64,000 bases of DNA from a virus (IMGVR_UViG_3300029258_003546:16000-79999), one strand, 5' to 3'; positions 27,524 to 37,703 are shown, counted from the stretch's first letter. A program made the numbers and translations. Notes: generated by a model from the letters alone, not told the origin.

Positions 27524-30500
27524 CCGATGTAGGTATATTCGGTGCGCCGGATATGGAAGATATGCCAAGTATCAAACTGACAGAATCTGATCTGGTGCCT
27601 GGTAAACTGGTAACCGCATTTGCTGAACAAACACAAAGCAGCCTGTCTGACGCGACAAAATATCTGCTGACGCACTCTGCAGTAGTAGATATAGATAATC
27701 GATCTAGATTCTGCGTAGCCGGTCATATGCCTACTGCTCCAAGTGGCATATACCAAGCTGACGTGGTCGCAATAGGAAAAATGCCAGGCCGAGCAGAGCA
27801 GGAAAGCGGCAGATTGTTTGTAGGAGAATCGGGCAAGTGGTGGAGAGCGTTGCTGCAGGAAGCAGGATTGATTGATCGTACATTTTTTTCCAATGTGCTT
27901 CGATTCTCGGTGGCCTCGGCAACCAAGACTAAGAAGATGACAGAGCTTGTAGGCCTCTGTAGATATCTGCTGCTACACGAGATAAATCAATGTCACCCAA
28001 GGCTGATACTGGCGCTTGGCAAGGAAGCTACGCAGTGGTTTTTTGGGTCCGGGGCTTTCAAGAAGAAACTGGGCGCGGTGATGGACTGGACATCGCCTCT
28101 AGACGGGGCTACTATTCCAGTCGCCATAACTAACAATCCCGCAGCCGTTGTTCGCGGCATGAACGATGCGCCGCTGCGCGTTACGACCTTTAGAGCTGCG
28201 GATATGATACTGAATAACCGTAGCGCATCAGAAGCGTTTATGGCTGATGATGGAGAATATGCTTATGTTAGAACAGAGCAGGATCTAGAACACGAGCTGC
28301 AGAAACTGCTGGATTGCTCCTCTACGTACCTGGCCATTGACTGCGAATGGGGAGGTAGAAATCCATTTGAGAAGAACGGCAAACTGCGCAGTATTACGCT
28401 GTCACAAGTACCTGGCACTGCCTTGGTTATAGAGCTGAGAGACGAACACAAAGAGATTCTATTTCAGCCAGGCGTCCAGGCAGCATACGATCAGTTACAG
28501 CGTTTGCTGGATGCAAGACAGTGGTGTTTGTGCGGCCACAACTTCACGGCAGACTGGCTGTGGCTGGAGAAGGAAGCGGGCTTAACAGGGCTGGACGAGG
28601 CAGTGAGCCGCGGCTTCGATACGATGGTAGCGTGGAATATTCTGCACGAAACCGACAGACTCAGTCTCGACCATTTGAGCATGTTGAATACTACGCTCGG
28701 TAGATATGACATACGCATAGATGATTACGTAGACAAGAAGTCTGATATGGACGGCTATTGGAAGGTTCCTCAAGATGTTCTCAGACTATACGCGGCTAAG
28801 GACGCTGACAGTACTATTCGTAACGTTCTGTACATTGCAGAACAGATGCAAAAGGAACCTCGTGTAGCAGAGCTGTATCAGAGCGTATCAATGCCGTGTT
28901 TGGCGGCTATTCATGAAATAGAGCGTAACGGCCTGCTAGTCGATACAGAGCGCATGTACGAGATATATGACAAGGCAGTGAAACAACGAGACGAGTTGCT
29001 GAGCTTGTTATCTGATGCAGTAAAAAAGCACGCCGACAAGCTGACGATCAAATTTATTGCGCAGGCGGTCAAAGCAGCAATAGAGGCGGATGTCTGCGTA
29101 TGCGAGCGTGACGAGAACGGCTGTCCTGATTTGTGCAGCCTGATCCACACCATCCTCGATTTTGACGCTATCTGGAAGCAGACGACGAAAGAGTGGAAAC
29201 GGCTAAATCGTCGTAAGCACAAGCCTGTTGACAGAATAAAAGAACTGGACGTTCAGATTACACAGCTGCGTCATCTGCAAACTGCTATAGGTCCAATACT
29301 CGAGCAGAAGAGTAGGATAGTAGATAAAGTAATGCCGTTTAACGCCAAAAGCTATATCAAGCTACAGATTATTCTGTATGACAGTAACTGGTTGGGTTTG
29401 GAGCCAGTCAAAACTACCAAAGCTCACAATTCTAGAGACTGGCACTCGTTCATGGAGGACGCTGCAGGAGTTTCGTACAGTTACGCTGACGAGTCGCAAT
29501 ACAGAAAAGCGGCATCTACTGATCTGCAGAGTTTGCGGATACTGGCGCAGACTGCTACCGGCGTGGCAGCTAGATGGCTGGATGCTCTTATCAAGCTGAG
29601 CGGGCTGGAGAAGATGAAATCGTCGTTTCTAAGCCCCCCTCCAACAGAGGTAGAAGACCGAGGCTTGGTGCATACGACCGGGCTGTTAGAGCGATTGGAC
29701 GACGACAACCGGCTGCGTACACACATCAGCCCTACTACGGCGACAGGAAGATGGCGATCGTACAAGCCGAATATGCAGAATATCAGTAAGCTGAGATCGG
29801 AAGAGCTGTCGGCTCAGTTCCCTGATATCCCACCTTTACGCAGCGTGTTTGTTGCGGAACCCGGTCATATTCTGATAGAAAGCGATCTGAGCCAGGCCGA
29901 GCTTCGTGTAATGGCGCACCTGTCCAACGACGTCAATATGCTGGAGATCCTGTCCAACCCCGCGCGCGATTTGCATTCTGAGACGGCGGTCAAATTCAGG
30001 CACTTGCCGGTATACGGAAGTCCGGAGGAAATTGCGGCGATTATCCGCAAGGATTACAAGCTGGAACGCACCGCTACAAAGCGGGTAAATTTTGGCATTG
30101 CGTATCAGATATCGGCGTTTGCGTTGGCCAGAGTGCTGCGCAGTTTTGGCGTGAACAGTCTGGTAGATCCTGATAAGCCAATCAGCGTAGAAGAAGTACA
30201 AGAGATGATCAACACCTTCTATAGCACGTTCGAAGGCGTTGAGAACTTCATGCGCCAGTGCAAGGATCAGGTGTATAAGCCGGGCTACATAGTCAGCCCG
30301 TTCGGTCGGAAACGAAGATTTATTATCACGAGAGACAAGGCTATGATGGCGTACCAGGAGCGACAAGCCTGCAACTTTCCTATTCAGTCTACTGTTGCGG
30401 ACGTGTTGAATTGCGCATGCATACGTTTGATGGAAGCGCGTGGAACAGATTATCCTCTTGAAGCCTATAAGCTGGTTCTGTGTATACATGACTCAGTACT

Positions 30501-30648
30501 ATTGTCGGTTCCAAACGAATATGTAGACCTGGTGACAAACGAAGTGCTGCCGAACTGTATGGGCAACGTACAGATACCGAACTATGGTTTCTCGATTCCA
30601 ATCGAAATCGAGAAGTACGGCCGGTATGGCGTGCCCTTAGAACACTGA
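27520..30648 (+). CDS. Family A DNA polymerase with an N-terminal uracil-DNA glycosylase-like domain and a 3'-5' exonuclease
   Basis: UDG-like GKMPGRAE..GRLFVGESG; exonuclease AIDCEW, GHNFTAD, YAAKDAD; polymerase TATGRW..PNMQN, SDLSQAELR, KRVNFGIAY, CIHDS. Confidence 0.92.
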   Translation: MTDVGIFGAPDMEDMPSIKLTESDLVPGKLVTAFAEQTQSSLSDATKYLLTHSAVVDIDNRSRFCVAGHMPTAPSGIYQADVVAIGKMPGRAEQESGRLFVGESGKWWRALLQEAGLIDRTFFSNVLRFSVASATKTKKMTELVGLCRYLLLHEINQCHPRLILALGKEATQWFFGSGAFKKKLGAVMDWTSPLDGATIPVAITNNPAAVVRGMNDAPLRVTTFRAADMILNNRSASEAFMADDGEYAYVRTEQDLEHELQKLLDCSSTYLAIDCEWGGRNPFEKNGKLRSITLSQVPGTALVIELRDEHKEILFQPGVQAAYDQLQRLLDARQWCLCGHNFTADWLWLEKEAGLTGLDEAVSRGFDTMVAWNILHETDRLSLDHLSMLNTTLGRYDIRIDDYVDKKSDMDGYWKVPQDVLRLYAAKDADSTIRNVLYIAEQMQKEPRVAELYQSVSMPCLAAIHEIERNGLLVDTERMYEIYDKAVKQRDELLSLLSDAVKKHADKLTIKFIAQAVKAAIEADVCVCERDENGCPDLCSLIHTILDFDAIWKQTTKEWKRLNRRKHKPVDRIKELDVQITQLRHLQTAIGPILEQKSRIVDKVMPFNAKSYIKLQIILYDSNWLGLEPVKTTKAHNSRDWHSFMEDAAGVSYSYADESQYRKAASTDLQSLRILAQTATGVAARWLDALIKLSGLEKMKSSFLSPPPTEVEDRGLVHTTGLLERLDDDNRLRTHISPTTATGRWRSYKPNMQNISKLRSEELSAQFPDIPPLRSVFVAEPGHILIESDLSQAELRVMAHLSNDVNMLEILSNPARDLHSETAVKFRHLPVYGSPEEIAAIIRKDYKLERTATKRVNFGIAYQISAFALARVLRSFGVNSLVDPDKPISVEEVQEMINTFYSTFEGVENFMRQCKDQVYKPGYIVSPFGRKRRFIITRDKAMMAYQERQACNFPIQSTVADVLNCACIRLMEARGTDYPLEAYKLVLCIHDSVLLSVPNEYVDLVTNEVLPNCMGNVQIPNYGFSIPIEIEKYGRYGVPLEH

Positions 30649-30663
30649 CTACAGGAGATTCTA

Positions 30664-32007
30664 ATGCGTGTCGGAGACGACAGAAACGATCCTCAAGCGC
30701 GTGGCAACAACTGGAATCTGGTTCTGGACGTGCCGGAAGGAATGTTTATACAGAGGCCAAAATTCAGCCTGGACGAGATCAGAGCGGTATATCCGTTTCC
30801 TGCTGTAATAGACGGTAAGCCGGTGTTGGAATGGAGGAATTCGGAGACCCAGTACGACTATACGCGTTGGATTCTGTTTCTCAATACCATGAGAGCTGGC
30901 TACACACAAGACAGATGGTTTGTCCTGTGTCCGTCTGACTGGGACAGGGTTCGTGAGCGGTACGACGAAATATATCCGTATCGTCGTCTGTATGATGTAG
31001 CCAAGGCGGGCGCGAATGCGGATATGGCAGCCTGGAACAAGCTGTTTATCAAGGCAGAAAACGCCTATCATCCGCCGCTGCCTGACAAAGCCGCTGTTAC
31101 GTACCTGGTGCAAGGATACAGCCGGCATCCGAAGCAGGGAGAATTCAGGCAGTGTGTTATGGTACTGCAGAAGAGTGCTGCAATCAGCCTGGAAGATCTT
31201 CTGGAACAGGAGCATCCCGGCTATAACGGCGATCCTGATAATTTTGCAGCAAGATACGTTGTCGGCAATATCTTTCCTATAGACCAGAACGACGGCAAGG
31301 TTCTGATGTCTGGTAAGGAAGGCTGGTATGCTCAGAATGCTAATAACGACAGCAACGATTTTGGTCAGCAGGCAGGAGCACGCAAGGAGTTCGAGGGCTA
31401 CGAGACCAAACTTGTGCCCTTGAAAGAGATGAGCAGGTTCAGGCTTCCTACTCGCGGTCCTACGGTAGAACAGATTATTAATGCGTGGTGCCCGTGGGAA
31501 CGAGTAGTAAGGCGAATGACGACAGAGGAGCAGATCGATATGCTCAAGGTTGCATTCTACAGTACGGGCAGTGTCCGCACTGATCTGCTGCTCAAGCGAG
31601 CATTTGATAACTACGGTACTGGGCACCAGACAGCGGTAGTAGAATCAATAGCGGCTGGCACAGTGCCGTCAGCGGCGTCTCGAGCCCAGGCGGCCGAGCC
31701 TGTAGCTCGACAAGCGCCGGAGGAGAACCCTTTCGGCGGCGGTTCTGCTCCTGTTGCTGCGCCTGCTGCTCCTGCTACGTCTACACCATCAGCTGCAGAG
31801 CCAGCAAGTCCCTTTGGTGACGCCGATGCCGCTGTTATCAACTCGGCGCCTGTGGCTCCTACAGCTTCTTCTGCGCCTGCGTCTGCGCCGGCGGGCTCTT
31901 TAGAGATCCCGGCAGACGTGTCACAGATGGACGAGCAGACTAAACTCATCCTTGAGCAGATACGCGCATCTATGCAAGCTCGGGAAGAGAAAAAGGAAGG
32001 TAAATGA
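30664..32007 (+). CDS. Putative single-stranded DNA-binding protein
   Basis: Lies between pol and recA; globular N-part plus long Ala/Pro-rich tail. Function inferred from position. Confidence 0.45.
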   Translation: MRVGDDRNDPQARGNNWNLVLDVPEGMFIQRPKFSLDEIRAVYPFPAVIDGKPVLEWRNSETQYDYTRWILFLNTMRAGYTQDRWFVLCPSDWDRVRERYDEIYPYRRLYDVAKAGANADMAAWNKLFIKAENAYHPPLPDKAAVTYLVQGYSRHPKQGEFRQCVMVLQKSAAISLEDLLEQEHPGYNGDPDNFAARYVVGNIFPIDQNDGKVLMSGKEGWYAQNANNDSNDFGQQAGARKEFEGYETKLVPLKEMSRFRLPTRGPTVEQIINAWCPWERVVRRMTTEEQIDMLKVAFYSTGSVRTDLLLKRAFDNYGTGHQTAVVESIAAGTVPSAASRAQAAEPVARQAPEENPFGGGSAPVAAPAAPATSTPSAAEPASPFGDADAAVINSAPVAPTASSAPASAPAGSLEIPADVSQMDEQTKLILEQIRASMQAREEKKEGK

Positions 32008-33107
32008 GCAAGTTCCTCGATAACCTGTCCGGAAAGGCCCTAGATCAGATGGCGGACAGGGTCACCAACTACGAAGCTATTAGAGAAGGAATGGGCGGTA
32101 TCGCCCTTCCTTCTCTCGCTCTTCAATGGTTATTCGATGCCAACGTCTTCTTGGTTCGCACCATATACTGCCTGGCCGGTCAGCCTAGATCTCTAAAATC
32201 TGCGTTTCTCTTTGAGCTGATGCGTTTACATCTGGCTAACCAGTTTCCAGCTGTGTTGCTGGAAACCGAGGGCAAGATCAGCCCCACATTGGTGGGCTCT
32301 CTGCTGGGAGACGCGGCAGGTCAGATCGAAATCATTAAATGCATGTCACTGGAGCAGGCTGAAGCCGCTATCACACTATGTGTTCAGCTGGCTGCCAAGA
32401 AACCTGAAGTTAGCAAGGGACTGATTATCGGCCTGGACAGTTTGCAAGGACGCGTCTCAGACGAGACCAGCTCGAAGCTGCGTAAAGAAGGCCACATCGG
32501 ACGCAGCTTCTCGGTCGAGGCGTTGTCGCTGTCGAAATTTTGGCCTGCTGCCAGCGCTATGCTGGAGAAGACAGAAGCTAGCTTGGTATACACCTCGCAT
32601 CTGTCCGTTGCCGGGCAGGATTATCGAGGCAATACGATTTACAATACGCCAGGAGGTATGAAGAAAGGGTATATGCAAGCTCAGGAGCTACGTTTCAAGC
32701 GTGTAGGCGGCGAGAAGTTTTCTTCACGCTCCGGCCGTGCTTCCATACACATAGAGATCAAGAACTACAAAAACTCGTATGGAGCTGACGGCAGATCAAT
32801 GCTGGCATTCCTGGACTACACACCCGATTCTGATAGTCCCAATCAACAGCGGTCAAGTTTCAACTGGGCCAGATCGGACGGGCACTTGCTGTTGGATCTG
32901 TACACCCGTTTCGGCATTGCTGATATTTTGCAGATGAAGCGCAGCAGTGATGAACGCAAGTTGAAATCAGAGCGGCTAGGCATTGCTACGTTCGTAGATC
33001 CGGAAGAGGTAGGCAGAAAGCTACAGGAAAATAAAGAAGTTGCCGAGGAGGTGCGACGGGCTTTGACAATCAAGGAGTATCAGGTCTTCAGTGGCGAGGA
33101 CGGCTAG
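32004..33107 (+). CDS. RecA/UvsX-like recombinase
   Basis: LPSLALQWL, GQPRSLKS, LETEG, IGLDSL, TPGG. Confidence 0.75.
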   Translation: MSKFLDNLSGKALDQMADRVTNYEAIREGMGGIALPSLALQWLFDANVFLVRTIYCLAGQPRSLKSAFLFELMRLHLANQFPAVLLETEGKISPTLVGSLLGDAAGQIEIIKCMSLEQAEAAITLCVQLAAKKPEVSKGLIIGLDSLQGRVSDETSSKLRKEGHIGRSFSVEALSLSKFWPAASAMLEKTEASLVYTSHLSVAGQDYRGNTIYNTPGGMKKGYMQAQELRFKRVGGEKFSSRSGRASIHIEIKNYKNSYGADGRSMLAFLDYTPDSDSPNQQRSSFNWARSDGHLLLDLYTRFGIADILQMKRSSDERKLKSERLGIATFVDPEEVGRKLQENKEVAEEVRRALTIKEYQVFSGEDG

Positions 33108-33109
33108 AA

Positions 33110-33613
33110 ATGTCAAAATCTCTAGGTTTCTACGGTGAGACCACCAAGGCGCTTCGCGGCACCCGCAAGAATCGTTGGGAGCAGGCGTTGCTGAAGCTTG
33201 TTCCGCCTCAATGGAGAGACTTCGATACCATAGAGGAATGTACGGACTCATACACCAGCGTCGTGTTGATGCTCTTGGATTACGAGGTGAAACCTGCGTT
33301 TGTACGCAACCTGTTAAGCGGGACGCGTGCTAAGACTACCAAGCAATATGCAAAGCTGTGGAAGAAGATGCTCGACGTGATGAGCGCTTGGACCCGTCAT
33401 CGTACTCTCGGGTTCATAGTGCACGTTTCGGGCAATGGGTTTCTGGCGCTGTTGCCAGACTACACCGCTCAAGGATGCATATACGCAGACATATGGAGAA
33501 TCGGCGGTAAGATGGTTTTTGCTAGTCCTAGCAATTTTCCAGATGACTGTCCTACGATGGAATTAGTAGACGCCAAAAATCTACTACAGGACCTTAACTG
33601 GAGATACCAGTAA
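33110..33613 (+). CDS. Hypothetical protein
   Basis: 167 aa; contains motif copy 3. Confidence 0.7.
   Translation: MSKSLGFYGETTKALRGTRKNRWEQALLKLVPPQWRDFDTIEECTDSYTSVVLMLLDYEVKPAFVRNLLSGTRAKTTKQYAKLWKKMLDVMSAWTRHRTLGFIVHVSGNGFLALLPDYTAQGCIYADIWRIGGKMVFASPSNFPDDCPTMELVDAKNLLQDLNWRYQ
33520..33533. promoter_or_regulatory. Palindromic motif copy 3 (TGCTAG-TC-CTAGCA)
   Basis: Seen directly; lies inside a CDS. Confidence 0.55.
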
Positions 33614-34438
33614 ATGCCTGACGAACAAGAAGAACAGACGGAACAGGCTGCTCAGGAAGAGCAGCTGCCGCAGGAAACCGAGGCAAGATACTCGCTACCG
33701 GTAGAAGATTATGACGATCTGGTAGGACGCTTTGCCAAGCTGTACGCAGAAACCGACGAAATGGTAGCTGACAGCTTATTCGAGCTTGGCAAGTTGGTAG
33801 ATGAATTCCATGCTAATAATTTCAAGTACGGAAAAAGGACATTGCAGGATCTTGCTGCCAGGCTGACAGAGCTGCGCGGAACTGAGATCAAAGAGCGTCA
33901 GCTTCGCAGTGCCATGAGCGTATTCCGTCGTTATCGTTTTGACGACGGAAAGGAATGGATCATAGATCCCAGAGTTCGGGCAGTTCTACGAGGCAGGCTG
34001 GGCCGTACGGCCGTTATTCGCGGCCTGCCGTACGAATCGCGTATCGACGTGTTGGAACTGGCTGAAAAGCATGGTGTTAACTCGGACGATATTCCTGCGT
34101 TGGGGTTGTGTGCAGACAAATACGGCATAGTCTACGTGCGACAGCTGTTCGTCGACAACGATGTCGCTACCGCCGTAAGCATTTTGCGCTCCAAGTTCCA
34201 GGAAATGAAGAGCAAGGGCAAGTCGAAAGCTGGCTCCACGCGCAAGCACGCGCCTGTAGAGTACTTCTCTAGCGTTATCCAGATAACAATGAAGCTATAC
34301 AGCAAGCTCGAATCGTTTAACAAGGTGCGTGAAGAGACGGTACACGCCAAAGATCAAGATCTGCTGCTCGATTGTGGTAAGCAGCTGCAGCGTCTTCGCG
34401 GCCGTTTAAGCACCATTATCGAGGAAACAGGAGTGTAA
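33614..34438 (+). CDS. Hypothetical helical protein
   Basis: 274 aa. Confidence 0.75.
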   Translation: MPDEQEEQTEQAAQEEQLPQETEARYSLPVEDYDDLVGRFAKLYAETDEMVADSLFELGKLVDEFHANNFKYGKRTLQDLAARLTELRGTEIKERQLRSAMSVFRRYRFDDGKEWIIDPRVRAVLRGRLGRTAVIRGLPYESRIDVLELAEKHGVNSDDIPALGLCADKYGIVYVRQLFVDNDVATAVSILRSKFQEMKSKGKSKAGSTRKHAPVEYFSSVIQITMKLYSKLESFNKVREETVHAKDQDLLLDCGKQLQRLRGRLSTIIEETGV

Positions 34439-34439
34439 T

Positions 34440-35114
34440 GTGGCCCTTGTAGTCAGACAAGCATTCCAGCCCGCTCCGCGCTGCGATGCAGACCCGTTCC
34501 GCGATCTGCTGAACGTCTTTCCTCCGCTGGTGGTACCGGTGATGGACAAGGACGACAAGGTTGCGGCGTGGAAGCAGGTAATGCAGGGAAACCTTCCTGC
34601 TAACCAGGTAAGCACACACGTAGAAGTAGCTCGTAAATGCTGGCAGAGACTTTTGGATTGGGCGGATTATTGTCGCAATTCTGTACGGGATACAACTCTT
34701 ACATCAGTGCATAACTACTCCAGTGCGCGCGATTTTGCCCGCCACTACCTTGAATGGTTCCGCAACGCTATAAACGATGACGTAGATAAGACAGAGCGGT
34801 TCGCGCTTCTACTAGCACTCGACAATGCGGTGGAGCACGCCGGCGAAGAGAGTGTGGACTTGATTACTGGGCCGACATTGTCATTCCGAACCGAGTTCAA
34901 GCCTGGCTGGCCGAGGCTGCGAGAGCCTGCTCAAGCAGCTGGTATGCTAGCTTTTACAGCTCTGCTGAACAAGTTCTTGGTATTCTGGGAAGACGCAACC
35001 CTGTATTCCAGGCCGCATGGAGGTATAAAGGAGCAACCGTGTCCACAACTGGTAGCATGGCTGGGAAAGACAACACAGTTTGGCATATCAGGCCCGGCGA
35101 TCCTGGAGCCGTAG
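34440..35114 (+). CDS. Hypothetical protein
   Basis: 224 aa; SD aggag. Confidence 0.7.
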   Translation: MALVVRQAFQPAPRCDADPFRDLLNVFPPLVVPVMDKDDKVAAWKQVMQGNLPANQVSTHVEVARKCWQRLLDWADYCRNSVRDTTLTSVHNYSSARDFARHYLEWFRNAINDDVDKTERFALLLALDNAVEHAGEESVDLITGPTLSFRTEFKPGWPRLREPAQAAGMLAFTALLNKFLVFWEDATLYSRPHGGIKEQPCPQLVAWLGKTTQFGISGPAILEP

Positions 35115-35237
35115 AGGCAATAGAGCTGCTCTGCAGAGCCATGAATAGAGCTATAATCAGCCCGCTCACATCCAACAGCAAGCGTCGCCGACTTCAAAAT
35201 CGGCTCGTAGCCGCAAGCTGTTTCAGGAGGCTGGCAA

Positions 35238-35954
35238 TTGAAGAGCGTACGTTGGCTCAGGAGCAGAGTCAGAAACAGCAGAGTAGCAAAATTGTGGGGC
35301 ACACCTCTCGATGATCACGGCATAGAAAAGATAGCCGACGCATTCGGCGGAGATCCAAAAGCGGTGCAATCTACTATCAGGTTGCACCGCTTTTATTTTG
35401 GTTCATCCTTTACCCCGCAGATGGCTCTTATGCTATTTGCAAACAGAGACCGGCTTATGAGCGGACAGATAGTGCCTGAAATTACGCCGTCACCAACAGA
35501 GACCACCTTGATGGATATAGAGACGTCCACGCTCATGGACAGGTCGGTCGTACTACAGGGACATCTGATGTCCGGGCCGTCGGCGGCAAGACGCGGACGG
35601 ACAGTTATAAGCTCTATCAGCTCCAAGATAGGATGGACACTGTGGGTAGGTCGGACTATCCCGTATTACCATCCTCTGGAGCTGACAAACCTGGTAGTGG
35701 CAGTACTTTGGGACAGAATTGGCAGACCGGTGGAGCTGTTAGCTTCCGACAGGCAGAACAACAGAAGGTATATTTCCGAGCAGCGCAGATTGAGTGACGT
35801 CTGCGGCAAATCGGATCTGTGTATTTTTTGTGAGTATCTAGGAGACTGCGATAAATCTCCATACAAGCTGAAAGAGGGAGTATGCTTTGGTTGCGGCAGT
35901 CAGAAGGTGCACAGCTCCGGATACTGCCCCGTATGCGAAAGGGATAGGTTTTGA
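35238..35954 (+). CDS. Hypothetical protein with a C-terminal Cys-rich Zn-binding region
   Basis: CIFC..C..CFGC..CPVC; SD aggagg. Confidence 0.7.
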   Translation: MKSVRWLRSRVRNSRVAKLWGTPLDDHGIEKIADAFGGDPKAVQSTIRLHRFYFGSSFTPQMALMLFANRDRLMSGQIVPEITPSPTETTLMDIETSTLMDRSVVLQGHLMSGPSAARRGRTVISSISSKIGWTLWVGRTIPYYHPLELTNLVVAVLWDRIGRPVELLASDRQNNRRYISEQRRLSDVCGKSDLCIFCEYLGDCDKSPYKLKEGVCFGCGSQKVHSSGYCPVCERDRF

Positions 35955-36130
35955 ATACAGCAGAAAAGCAGTGGAAGTGCAGGCGGTGTCGGAAAGTATT
36001 TTCCGACCACAAACAAGCGTTTGCTCATATCTGCCAGAACGGCAAGCGAGCGCATCCGAGCGCGGTTATCGCGTGCGCCAGACGTGCTAGGTCTAAATCC
36101 AGGCCTAGACCCAGGTCAACACGGCCGTAG
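35951..36130 (+). CDS. 59-aa C2H2/C2HC-type zinc-finger protein (not in the ORF track)
   Basis: WKCRRCRKVFSDHKQAFAHIC plus a basic tail; TTGA overlap. Confidence 0.55.
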   Translation: MNTAEKQWKCRRCRKVFSDHKQAFAHICQNGKRAHPSAVIACARRARSKSRPRPRSTRP

Positions 36131-36174
36131 CACTTGTGTCTGCATCAGGGCACGTTTCCATGAAAGGAGAACGC

Positions 36175-37077
36175 ATGAATTTAGACAGGAAAGTTCGTGT
36201 CGGACTGTACGTGGAGGGAGCTGCCTCAGAAGAGCTTCCGCTCATAGGCGCGCCGTCGGATGTACGCGTCATCACGTCAGAGGAGAACGCCAACGTCGAG
36301 GGCGTACGAATCCGGACGTTCTACTGTGACGTGTACGAGCAGCGCCGGGCCATGCAGCTGGGCGGCCACAATGTACAAGGCAGAAAGAAGGAGGATCTGC
36401 CGTACCTCTGCGGCGAAGACGTATCGTTCGACGGCTTGTCAGAGCTGGCGCGTACTCAGCCTGACCAGTACGCTCGCCTCTATGATGAGGCGAAGAAGCT
36501 GTTGGAAGTGGAAGAGCTGCCTCTGGAAAACATGGCAGAAGTGGTGATGCCTTTTGCTACATTCTTCGTACCGGGCGCATCTGCCGTTACGATGTCCATG
36601 CTGGACGATCAAACAGTGGCAGAATACATCACTTTCCACTACAGGCAGTGCTGGGACGATTTGATCAGCCCGATAATAGGACAGAGCGGCCTGCCGTTAC
36701 CGGGTCGCAACATCGACCCGCGGCTGCTGATCAACCATGATTGCTGGAATACGGAGGATGAAACCAGCATCAAGGGCTGGGCCTTCGAACGCCTGATGCA
36801 GAACATTCCGGCCAGGCCGAAAGTGCTGTATGCGCCAATGGCGTTTGTCAGGCGTAACATCTCATTGGCCGAGAAATTCCTGCTGATCAAGTGTAACAGG
36901 TTCGAAACGTGGCACAGCGCAAGACTTGGCCGTGTCCTCAATTTCGGCCTGCAGTGGGATTTCCAGACCGTGCCTCGGAATGTGGGGCGTGATCAGGGCT
37001 ACTACGGTCGTCCAAATCGTTACCAACATCCCAGGCAACGGACGTACCGGCGGTGGGACTCTCATCCTCGCAGGTAG
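36175..37077 (+). CDS. Hypothetical protein
   Basis: SD aaggag; ~300 aa. Confidence 0.75.
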   Translation: MNLDRKVRVGLYVEGAASEELPLIGAPSDVRVITSEENANVEGVRIRTFYCDVYEQRRAMQLGGHNVQGRKKEDLPYLCGEDVSFDGLSELARTQPDQYARLYDEAKKLLEVEELPLENMAEVVMPFATFFVPGASAVTMSMLDDQTVAEYITFHYRQCWDDLISPIIGQSGLPLPGRNIDPRLLINHDCWNTEDETSIKGWAFERLMQNIPARPKVLYAPMAFVRRNISLAEKFLLIKCNRFETWHSARLGRVLNFGLQWDFQTVPRNVGRDQGYYGRPNRYQHPRQRTYRRWDSHPRR

Positions 37078-37114
37078 ACGCTCTCAGAGGCTGCTGACGG
37101 CACGAAGTGAATGA

Positions 37115-37184
37115 AAGGTGCCAGGACACCTGCAGGACCGCCTTTGTCTCTCTGGCGCGTTCCTGCAGGTGCTCTGGCGACTTT
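37115..37184. other. Intergenic long stem-loop
   Basis: cacctgcagga 37127-37137 pairs with tcctgcaggtg 37161-37171; flanked by gccag/ctggc. Confidence 0.5.
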
Positions 37185-37201
37185 GATAGGAGGTAACCAG
37201 G

Positions 37202-37507
37202 ATGGCCAACGTGATCCCAGGCCCGCATTTTGTATCTTTCAATAGCAGGTACTGCAAAGAAGCGAGCGTTATCGCTAGACGAGAAGGAGACAGGACTCAC
37301 GCAAGTCATTCTAGCTCGCGGAGAAGGAGGAGCAGGTGTTCCAGCACTTGCGTCCAATACTCTAGCGGCGGCGCCTATTCAATACGCCTCTTTTCCCTGG
37401 CCGGTGCAGGCCGAGTCTGGTCTGTTGCTGCCTCTTCAGCCGCCGGACAGTGTACAAACTGGTATCATTCTTCTATTACAGCAGGCGTGATTCGCTCCGT
37501 AGAATAG
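37202..37507 (+). CDS. Small Ser/Arg-rich family protein
   Basis: SD aggagg; paralog of the ORF at 37538. Confidence 0.6.
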   Translation: MANVIPGPHFVSFNSRYCKEASVIARREGDRTHASHSSSRRRRSRCSSTCVQYSSGGAYSIRLFSLAGAGRVWSVAASSAAGQCTNWYHSSITAGVIRSVE

Positions 37508-37537
37508 CGGAATGGCTAATGGAACAGGAGAACAAGC

Positions 37538-37703
37538 GTGATCTCAGGAGCATTTTTAGTTCTCAGGGCCAGGTGTCGATTCGGCAAAGAAGCGAGCGCT
37601 ATCGTTAGCCGGCCTCTTTTCTCGAACTGACAGGTTACGCGTGAGCCAAGCTCACAGTCTACACGGCCGTCGTCGTGCCGGTTCGAACACCTGGTGGAGA
37701 TAA
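37538..37703 (+). pseudogene. Truncated or frameshifted small-family paralog
   Basis: VISGAFLVLRARCRFGKEASAIVSR; stop at 37630; shares gcaaagaagcgagcg with the previous ORF. Confidence 0.45.

Noticed and set aside
29010-29330. Intein in PolA
   Set aside because: No HN-C/S/T terminus or LAGLIDADG motif.
30661-31626. 321-aa minus-strand ORF and other long antisense ORFs
   Set aside because: Shadows of well-supported + strand genes, with no motifs.
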